Sequence record: PP882867.1
From: Dinoroseobacter phage vB_DshS_R26L
Length of the DNA stretch: 32,000 bases
Direction: 5' to 3' (one strand)
Shown here: one piece after another, positions 25,463 through 32,000 of the stretch
Layout: every line of letters begins with the position of its first letter
Numbering within the stretch: the stretch's first letter is position 1
The notes under the pieces: model-generated
What the model saw: the letters and a program-made list of their open reading frames with translations, nothing else
The model's database searches: none
What the model was told of the DNA's origin: nothing
Position numbers and translations under genes: made by a program

Positions 25463-26326
25463 TCAGAACGGGACTTCGTCGTCGTTCCCTTTGCCGCCGG
25501 CGTCCTCGGTCGACGGGTTGGCCTCGCCTTCCATCTTCGAGTAGTCGGCCTTGTGCTCGCCCGCCTTGATGCCCTCGACGAACTGCTTCGCGTCGCGGTA
25601 CATCTCGGTCATGCCTTCCTGGAGCACGTCGGACACCTTCTCGAACTTCCACACGTACCAGGAACCCTGGTCGTTCGACCGGCGCTGGGTCGTGACGCCG
25701 TAGATGCCGAAGAAGCGCGCGGCCTTGCCGCCGTTGGGCAGGACGTGCTTCGAGACCATGTTGTTGAGGTCCTTCGACGGTTTGATCTGCGTCGAGGCCA
25801 TGGTCAGGATCATCGGCTCGTAGGTGCCATCTTCGTTGATCAGGAACACGAAGTGGGTGTGGGTGTCGTTGAGCTGGTTGCCCGGCGTGCCGAGCGGCGA
25901 CCCCTGCTGGATGATGTCCAGGTTCTGGTCATTGCGCTGGGTCACGATGGACAGGCCTTCGTCGACCGACCACTCGTTGACGATGCCGCCGCCCTGAGAA
26001 CGCGGGATCCATTCGATGAAGGACCGCTTGTAGTGGATCGGCAGGATGCGGACGCCTTCCATGGCGTTGTCGTCGTCGTCCCGCGTCTTGAACAGACGCT
26101 GGGTCACCGTGTCGAACAGGTCCGAGGGTTCCGCGCCCTTGATGTATTCCGGCTCGCCCTTCGTGCACTGCGGGGACAGCGACTGCAGGATCTGCAGGAA
26201 CGGAATGGACATATCGTCCTTGGACATGCTCTCCTGGTATTCCTGACCGTCACCGGCCAGTTCTTCCATGAACTCAGCCGGGAGCTGAGCCTCTTTCGCT
26301 TTCGCGACTTCTTTCGATGCAGCCAT
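25463..26326 (-). CDS. putative ssDNA-binding / replication protein, 287 aa
   Basis: Acidic C-terminal tail GGKGNDDEVPF resembling SSB tails; located beside the primase. Confidence 0.5.
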   Translation of the reverse strand: MAASKEVAKAKEAQLPAEFMEELAGDGQEYQESMSKDDMSIPFLQILQSLSPQCTKGEPEYIKGAEPSDLFDTVTQRLFKTRDDDDNAMEGVRILPIHYKRSFIEWIPRSQGGGIVNEWSVDEGLSIVTQRNDQNLDIIQQGSPLGTPGNQLNDTHTHFVFLINEDGTYEPMILTMASTQIKPSKDLNNMVSKHVLPNGGKAARFFGIYGVTTQRRSNDQGSWYVWKFEKVSDVLQEGMTEMYRDAKQFVEGIKAGEHKADYSKMEGEANPSTEDAGGKGNDDEVPF

Positions 26327-26353
26327 AGGTTGTCTCCTTCGTCGGCTGGTTGG

Positions 26354-26899
26354 TTACTTCACCGTTGCTTTGGTGAACGAGAACGCGCCGAAGAACGCAA
26401 GGTCGTCGTTCTTGCCTTCGTCGATACGCGTCCGGAGCGCCTTCTTGACCGTGCCCGTGGGAATGTCCTCGGTCACGACCACTTCGACGCCCATCTCTTC
26501 GGCAGCGGCCTTCAGCGCCTTCACGGCGTTGTCGTTGCCTTTGCCAAGATCGGCGGTGAGCGTATTGCTCACGTTGCCCTCGTAGCCCCACTCCTTCATC
26601 AGCTTGATGATGGCGTCTTTCCGGGCCTTCGGGACAGAAATCTTCAGGTCCTCGTCGTAGGACACGGTCATGCCGTTGTCGAGGGTGAAGGACGGGATGC
26701 CAGCGGCCTTCAAGGCTGCGGGCAAGTCGCCTTCCTGGACCTTGCGCAGGTCGGCCTTCGCGGCCTTCAGGTCGGCTTCGATCTTGGCAACCTTCGCCTC
26801 GAGCGCAAGCTGCTTGTCCGCGAGTGCCTTGACTTCGCGGAGGTCAGTCGTCACCTTCTGACCGTCTTCGGCCATCTCGGCCAGGATGTCGTCGCTCAT
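26354..26899 (-). CDS. hypothetical protein with N-terminal coiled coil, 181 aa
   Basis: ORF track; likely start MSDDILAEMAEDGQ at 26899 with CAACGGAG upstream. Confidence 0.6.
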   Translation of the reverse strand: MSDDILAEMAEDGQKVTTDLREVKALADKQLALEAKVAKIEADLKAAKADLRKVQEGDLPAALKAAGIPSFTLDNGMTVSYDEDLKISVPKARKDAIIKLMKEWGYEGNVSNTLTADLGKGNDNAVKALKAAAEEMGVEVVVTEDIPTGTVKKALRTRIDEGKNDDLAFFGAFSFTKATVK

Positions 26900-27258
26900 T
26901 CGATTTCTCCGTTGTCGGGAAACAGGTCGAGCGGTGCCGGAGCATAAGCACGCGCGGCCCGATCCCATTTCAGGTAGGTGAACTGGCCGTCCGTCTTGTC
27001 GGCCAGGATCGACGCCGCGATGATCAGGCCGAGCGGATCGCCGCCCGCCCAAACCAGGAAGTCGTCCTCGGAGGCATCGGCCAGGACTTCGTGAGCACGT
27101 TCGACAGCACGCTCGGGATCACGCACCGGGACGGGTTGGTCTGCCGGGTTGATGAACACGATCTGCCCGAAGGCGCGTGCCGGGTTGGTGTCGTAAGTCG
27201 CCCGCCCTTCAGGCGCACGGCTCTCGTCCGGTTCGTTGACAATGAAGACTCTGGGCAT
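26896..27258 (-). CDS. hypothetical protein, 120 aa
   Basis: ORF track; ATG at 27258, TAACGGAG upstream. Confidence 0.55.
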   Translation of the reverse strand: MPRVFIVNEPDESRAPEGRATYDTNPARAFGQIVFINPADQPVPVRDPERAVERAHEVLADASEDDFLVWAGGDPLGLIIAASILADKTDGQFTYLKWDRAARAYAPAPLDLFPDNGEIE

Positions 27259-27294
27259 CAGTTTTTGCTCCGTTAGTGCTACGGTTGTATGCGA

Positions 27295-29064
27295 TTAGAC
27301 CGACTCGGTCAACCACGACTTGAGGTTGTCACCCGAGATTAGGGCGGCAACGTCGCGCTTGTCTTTCAGTGCGCGTAACTGAGGCCGATCCACGGTGCCG
27401 AGGCACTCGAGGTCGGTGATCGTGCAGGAGTCAGCTTCTTGCCCGATCCGGTGGAACCTGTCTTCCGATTGCAGTCGGAGGCCCAGGTTGAAGGAGTTGT
27501 TGTAGTAGGTCATGGCGTCTGCTTCGACCAGGTCGAGACCGACGCCCGCGGACTGCGGGTTGCCGAGGAACCAGCGAGTGCGGTCCTCTTTGAACCCGAG
27601 CAGCGCGCGTGCCTTGTCCTCCTCGGAGATCCCGCCGTGATACTCGACTACGCTATGGTCACCATACGCCTCGCGCAGCGCGTCTGCGATCTCGCGCAGC
27701 GAGTAACGCCAGTAGGCCCAGACGATGCCTTTGTTGCGCACCTTCTCGAGCTCCTGCATGAGGGTCTCGATGCGCGGGTTCTTTTTCTCGATGGCGATGC
27801 CAGCGATCTCGTCGGACAGTGGGTCGTGATCGTCGGGCACGACGAACCCGCAAGCGATCTGCTGCAAGCGGACAAGCTTGGTCATCGCCATGTTGGCGGT
27901 CATCGTGCGCCCACCGTCGAGTTCGACCAGGAACTGCTTGGTCATCGACATATAGGCAGCGCGCATCGCATCGGTCATCTCGAACGAGCGCATCCGGTAG
28001 ATCTTCGGCGGCAAGTCGAGGCAATCCTCCTTCAGGAGGCGCGACCTGAACGGGTCGAGCATTCGGCACAGCTCTTCCTCGTTCTTGAACCCGGTCACCG
28101 TCATGACTGGTTTCTCGACCTTGCGCGACTTCTTCGTGTCCTTGTCGTATTCCCAGGCCTCGTAGGTCTTGTCCCCGACCTGCTCCTCGACAGCGAATTC
28201 CGCCTTCCACTGGTGGAATTTCATGTGCTGCACGATGGACGGGTCCAGGAAGTAGTACTGCGAGTAGGGGTCGAGCGTCGATCCCGTGGACATCGTCCCG
28301 GTAGTGATCCACCGTCGCTCAGCCATTGCGCCGAGCTTGGTGACCGCCTTCGTGACAGCAGCGCCTGGGGTCTTGATGTACTGGGACTCGTCGATCACGA
28401 TAGCCGCCTTCCGCGCACGCAGGAAACGCTCGCAGAATTTGAGGCCTTTCGCGCGATGCACCGACTCGAAGTTGATGGTCGCGACGGCGAACTTGTCAGA
28501 GTCGATCAGGCTCTTGCGGTTGCGGGCGTTCGGGCCCGTCCACATACCGTTGTCCACGATGTTGGTGTTCCAGAATGCCGCGTCAGCCATGCCCTTGGGC
28601 AAGTGCGTCGGGACTTCCTTCTCAACCCACTTGCGGTGCACGCCTTTGAGCGTGACGACCAGGAGCGCGTCGATCTCGCCTTTCGCGTAGGCCCACTGGC
28701 ACACGTCCAGGATCGTCTTCGACTTGCCGAGACCCATCTCCCACTCGAGCGAGAAGAACGGCATGTCCTTGATGATCGACCACCACTCGCGCTGGTGGTT
28801 GTAGGGCTGCGTCACCCACTCGAAGTCGATCTCCTTCGTCGGGCGCTCCTTGTAGAAGTGAGCCCAGGCGAAGCGGCAGCCGCTGTGGAATGCGTCGCGA
28901 CCGGCCTCAGCAACCAGAAGGTCGAGCGCGTACCGGGTGGGCACGAACTTGATCCGTGTCCCCTGGTACTCAACCTCGGTGTTTAAACGGTCGCCGAGCG
29001 ACCTTGACTGCTCGTAGTCAAGACCCTCGACGATCCCGTGAGCGTTCTCGACGTAGATCTGCAT
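27295..29064 (-). CDS. SNF2-like/SF2 helicase, 589 aa
   Basis: EWEMGLGKSKTILD (Walker A), AAIVIDESQYIKTPGAA, RWITTGTM, QSAGVGLDLVEADAMTYYNNSFNLGLRLQSEDRFHRIGQ. Confidence 0.88.
   Translation of the reverse strand: MQIYVENAHGIVEGLDYEQSRSLGDRLNTEVEYQGTRIKFVPTRYALDLLVAEAGRDAFHSGCRFAWAHFYKERPTKEIDFEWVTQPYNHQREWWSIIKDMPFFSLEWEMGLGKSKTILDVCQWAYAKGEIDALLVVTLKGVHRKWVEKEVPTHLPKGMADAAFWNTNIVDNGMWTGPNARNRKSLIDSDKFAVATINFESVHRAKGLKFCERFLRARKAAIVIDESQYIKTPGAAVTKAVTKLGAMAERRWITTGTMSTGSTLDPYSQYYFLDPSIVQHMKFHQWKAEFAVEEQVGDKTYEAWEYDKDTKKSRKVEKPVMTVTGFKNEEELCRMLDPFRSRLLKEDCLDLPPKIYRMRSFEMTDAMRAAYMSMTKQFLVELDGGRTMTANMAMTKLVRLQQIACGFVVPDDHDPLSDEIAGIAIEKKNPRIETLMQELEKVRNKGIVWAYWRYSLREIADALREAYGDHSVVEYHGGISEEDKARALLGFKEDRTRWFLGNPQSAGVGLDLVEADAMTYYNNSFNLGLRLQSEDRFHRIGQEADSCTITDLECLGTVDRPQLRALKDKRDVAALISGDNLKSWLTESV
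28981..28988. repeat. GTTTAAAC palindrome copy
   Basis: Exact match; near the 5' end of the SNF2-like helicase gene. Confidence 0.8.
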
Positions 29065-29909
29065 CACGCTGCCACGATCACAGGCACGCCGTAGCCGTCG
29101 TCCACCGGCTTGGTGGTCATGTCACCGAACACCGCGGGCGCGGAATCCTGCGCGACGTGCAGAAGGTGAACGGCGAGACGACGGATCTCGAGGTCGGCGC
29201 CCGAGCCGCCACGCAGCCAGAGGAAGTGACGCAGGAGGCGCATGTTGGTTGTCCAGAGGAAGCGCGTCTCGGTCGCGTTGGGCAGGTGCGCACGCGCGGC
29301 CTCGTTTGCGCGCTTCTTGATCATGGTCAGCGACTTGACGTTCGACTCCCGACGCTGGATTTCCGCGACGATGGCGCCTTGCAGCCGCTTGTACTCGTCC
29401 AGGGCCCGAAGCTGCGCACGGTGGAAATTGCCAACCTCGTCAGCGTTCGAGTGCGCGCCGCCTGCGAGATAGGCGACCATTGGCGGGACGACGAACTGGA
29501 TGTCCGACGCATCGACGTAGCGCTGCGACTCTTGGCTGAGCGCGATGCCGACACGGTGACGCGCAAGCTCCAGGCTCAGCGACCGCGAGACGCCTTGCAC
29601 CGCCCAGTTGATCGTGGAATGCTCGAGCACCGAGCCGTGCTCCATGTCGATGATGTTCCGGATGTAGTCGGCGCGGTCGCGCCCCTTGTCCCAGGCGCGG
29701 TAGCAGTGACGCCCGCCGAACTCGATCATGCGCTCGAGGCTGTCTTCCTCGGACACGTCACGCCACAGACGAGCCAGGGGCGTGTCCGTCTCGACGCCCA
29801 TGTGGTTGTCGAAGCCGTTGTGCTCGATCCAGGATTGAAACTCGCCCTCGTTGAACTGCGTCTGCCCGATGGCAAACACTTCTGGGCTCCAGATAAGGTC
29901 GTTGGTCAT
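29064..29909 (-). CDS. thyX: FAD-dependent thymidylate synthase (ThyX)
   Basis: HGSVLEHSTINWAV, LARHRVGIALSQESQRYV, ATETRFLWTTNMRLLRHFLWLR. Confidence 0.88.
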   Translation of the reverse strand: MTNDLIWSPEVFAIGQTQFNEGEFQSWIEHNGFDNHMGVETDTPLARLWRDVSEEDSLERMIEFGGRHCYRAWDKGRDRADYIRNIIDMEHGSVLEHSTINWAVQGVSRSLSLELARHRVGIALSQESQRYVDASDIQFVVPPMVAYLAGGAHSNADEVGNFHRAQLRALDEYKRLQGAIVAEIQRRESNVKSLTMIKKRANEAARAHLPNATETRFLWTTNMRLLRHFLWLRGGSGADLEIRRLAVHLLHVAQDSAPAVFGDMTTKPVDDGYGVPVIVAA

Positions 29910-30292
29910 GCGTGTCTCCGTTGTGTCGCAGTGCGTCGCGAGTGGTCAACGTAGCAACACACGCGCTCGCACGCAAGGCAAGTTTAAGATATGACCTTGA
30001 TCACTCCCGAAGGCGTCCCTGCACGTTCCCTGCAGACCCGAACTCGAGAAGCGCCTTGCTATGCTGACAACCCTGCACGCCCTGCACTCTGCATGGGGGT
30101 CACCGGACATGCGGTTGGGTCGCTGGCGCGCACGACATGCGCACGCGCGACGCGCGCTCGCGTGAGCGAACCGCCACCGTCTGTCAATCCGGTAAATGAC
30201 CCGTCTCCTTCAATAAATCGCTGCATCTCGTTTTGTGGTAGCATAACCGACTTATACCGTGCGATAACGTCAGGGAAAGATGAGGACCCGAG

Positions 30293-30490
30293 ATGACTCC
30301 AGAAGAGTTTAAACGCCGGCAGGCGGCACTCGGGTGGACCAATGCCAAGATGGCGAGCCACCTGCGCAAGACACCACAGTCGATTTCCAACTACCGGAAC
30401 AACCGGCAGAAGATCCCCGAGCATGTCGAGGTCCTCCTTGATGCTGCGTTGAGGAAGCTGCGCGAGCAGAAGCCGTCTACTGGCCCCTGA
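30293..30490 (+). CDS. small HTH (XRE-like) DNA-binding protein, 65 aa
   Basis: FKRRQAALGWTNAKMASHLRKTPQSISNYRNNRQKIPEHV; the only supported plus-strand gene. Confidence 0.7.
   Translation: MTPEEFKRRQAALGWTNAKMASHLRKTPQSISNYRNNRQKIPEHVEVLLDAALRKLREQKPSTGP
30307..30314. repeat. GTTTAAAC palindrome copy
   Basis: Exact match; near the 5' end of the HTH gene. Confidence 0.8.
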
Positions 30491-30785
30491 GCAGCGCGTC
30501 CCGATTCTGGTAATACCGTAGCAGCGCATCTTTCGACACGCCGCACTCGATCAGTGCTTGGCGATCCCGCAACCAGTATTCCTCGACTTCTGCCTGCGTC
30601 AACTCGCGCTCGGGCAAGCGGACAGGCGTCGCGCATCGCGCGGCCAGCGCGGCAGGCGCATCAGCGAGACGCGGCGGCTCAGTCGAGGACTGAATTGAGG
30701 CGGCGCACCCCAGGAGCAGAAACGGCAGGCCGATCAGCATCAGGATCCTGCCGAGCCTCTTCGATAAGGCGAGCAATCGTTGCAT
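30477..30785 (-). CDS. o-spanin (Rz1-like) lipoprotein
   Basis: Signal peptide with lipobox LIGLPFLLLGCAAS; 3' partner overlapping the Rz-like gene. Confidence 0.65.
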   Translation of the reverse strand: MQRLLALSKRLGRILMLIGLPFLLLGCAASIQSSTEPPRLADAPAALAARCATPVRLPERELTQAEVEEYWLRDRQALIECGVSKDALLRYYQNRDALLRGQ

Positions 30786-31074
30786 CTCGCACCTCCTTTG
30801 CTTCGGTCAAACGGTCGATTTCTTCTTGGGCGAGACGCAGCGCCTCGCGGTTCGCGGCGTCCTGGCGTTCGAGCTCTGCTTCGAGGCGCTCTTGCCACTG
30901 CCGCTCAGCCTCAGCGAAACCGCGGTCATACGCGCGGTCGTTGATCTGCCATGCCGTGATGCCCAAGACCACCGCGACGCCCAGAGCTGCCCAGATTTGC
31001 CAGGGTAGACGCGAAGCGACGCGCCCAACTGTCTGGCCGATTGCGAAGCGCGCGAGGAATCCGGTGAATATCAT
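30679..31074 (-). CDS. i-spanin (Rz-like)
   Basis: N-terminal TM WQIWAALGVAVVLGITAWQI followed by a long charged coiled coil. Confidence 0.65.
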   Translation of the reverse strand: MIFTGFLARFAIGQTVGRVASRLPWQIWAALGVAVVLGITAWQINDRAYDRGFAEAERQWQERLEAELERQDAANREALRLAQEEIDRLTEAKEVRDATIARLIEEARQDPDADRPAVSAPGVRRLNSVLD

Positions 31075-31083
31075 GGTCGTCTC

Positions 31084-31797
31084 CTACGACGTGGGTGCGA
31101 TGAACTCGAGGTAGTGCAGCGCGATGCGCACGTCCCCGCCCGTGAAGTTGCCGCCGTTCGCGGTCAAGACCACCGGCGTGCTGGCGTAGTTGCCGGTCGG
31201 GCCGATTGTCCCTTGGTTCGTCGTCCCCGCCGCGATACCGAGCGACCCACCGAAGCGAGACGCGCTACCAGAGTCCCCGCAATCGAACGAGGTCGCGCCA
31301 GTGATCGACGTGGTGACGCGCAGCGAGACGCTGAGCATCAGGCTCTGGTTCGGGAAGGCTGCGGACGACGTGACGGTCGCGCCGGACAGCGAAGTCAGCT
31401 CCTCCTCGATTGAGGACAGCTTGACCCCTGCACCGTTCGCGGTCAGGCTCAGGAAGGAACCGACAGGCGCCTCTCCCCACGCGCTGCCCGTGTACCGCAG
31501 CATGGTCGACGTGTTGAGGTCGTAGTACTCCCACCCCTCCTTCGGCGTGAAGAAGATCCAGGTCGCGTCGATGTAGCAGGCCACATTGCCGACGTTGCCT
31601 GACCAGTCGCCCGTTGCCCCTGAAGCGACGATGTACTTGTCTCCCTCGCTGGGCGACCCGGGAGGCGTCGAGACGGCTGCGCTCACGACGGTCCTGTCCA
31701 TCGCCGCGTCGATCACGGTGAAGGCCTCGTTGGCAGTGACGTGCTTCTGCGCCTGGTTGCTCTGGATCTCAGGGATCGAGAAGTTAGGTGTCGTCAT
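31084..31797 (-). CDS. DUF2793-domain tail-associated protein
   Basis: NQAQKHVTANEAFTVIDAAM...PPGSPSEGDKYIVASGATGDWSG...WIFFTPKEGWEYY. Confidence 0.75.
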   Translation of the reverse strand: MTTPNFSIPEIQSNQAQKHVTANEAFTVIDAAMDRTVVSAAVSTPPGSPSEGDKYIVASGATGDWSGNVGNVACYIDATWIFFTPKEGWEYYDLNTSTMLRYTGSAWGEAPVGSFLSLTANGAGVKLSSIEEELTSLSGATVTSSAAFPNQSLMLSVSLRVTTSITGATSFDCGDSGSASRFGGSLGIAAGTTNQGTIGPTGNYASTPVVLTANGGNFTGGDVRIALHYLEFIAPTS

Positions 31798-32000
31798 AGG
31801 TGGCTCCTTCGCCACGGCCCACAGCGGCCGAGATCTGATAGACGGTGAACTTGAGGCGCGATTGCGTGCTCCCGAAGTCAGCCGTCTGTTGCGCGGCAGT
31901 ATACGTGACCGAGTTGGTTCCCGCAACTTCGATGGTTCGCACGACGGACGAGCCGTCGTAGATGTCCACCTCGTAGGCTTCCGTCTCCTCGTTCAGCGGA
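31784..32000 (-). CDS. C-terminal part of a larger tail/host-specificity-like protein, truncated by the window
   Basis: Frame open to the window edge; EVDIYDGSSVVRTIEVAGTNSVTYTAAQQTADFG...QISAAVGRG. Confidence 0.55.
   Translation of the reverse strand, partial: PLNEETEAYEVDIYDGSSVVRTIEVAGTNSVTYTAAQQTADFGSTQSRLKFTVYQISAAVGRGEGATYDDT

Noticed and set aside
25034-26947. Plus-strand ORF of 637 aa
   Set aside because: Antisense shadow of the primase and SSB-like genes; no recognisable motifs.
27439-28986. Plus-strand ORF of 515 aa
   Set aside because: Antisense to the SNF2-like helicase with clear motifs on the minus strand.
1-32000. CRISPR array or transposon/insertion sequence
   Set aside because: GTTTAAAC copies are kilobases apart and palindromic rather than spacer-interrupted; no transposase or terminal repeats recognised.
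1-32000. tRNA genes
   Set aside because: None recognised by eye; a tRNAscan/ARAGORN run would be needed to exclude them.

Overview
The window is a high-GC (about 60-65% by eye) tailed-phage or prophage-like early/replication region, coded almost entirely on the minus strand. The one supported plus-strand gene is a small HTH regulator at 30293-30490. Recognisable replication and nucleotide-metabolism genes include a family A DNA polymerase, DnaX-like clamp loader, AEP primase, three SF1 helicases, an SNF2-like helicase, two 3'-5' exonucleases, a PD-(D/E)XK nuclease, an SSB-like protein, dCMP deaminase, ThyX, a MazG/DUF550-like protein and an HD hydrolase. The right edge carries a spanin pair and tail-associated genes. 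The main system is an apparently complete 7-deazaguanine DNA-modification pathway (folE, queD, queE, queC, queF, dpdA-like). Because a QueF with its reductase motifs intact is present, the predicted modified base is preQ1, not preQ0 or archaeosine. QueC has lost three of its four canonical zinc cysteines and QueD has a non-canonical zinc-site motif. Outside genes, there are at least nine copies of the palindrome GTTTAAAC, a promoter-like 15-mer family (ATAACTCGCTTATAC), and a recurrent CAACGGAG translation-start motif. No tRNA, CRISPR or transposon was recognised. All family calls are from motif reading by eye, without database searches.
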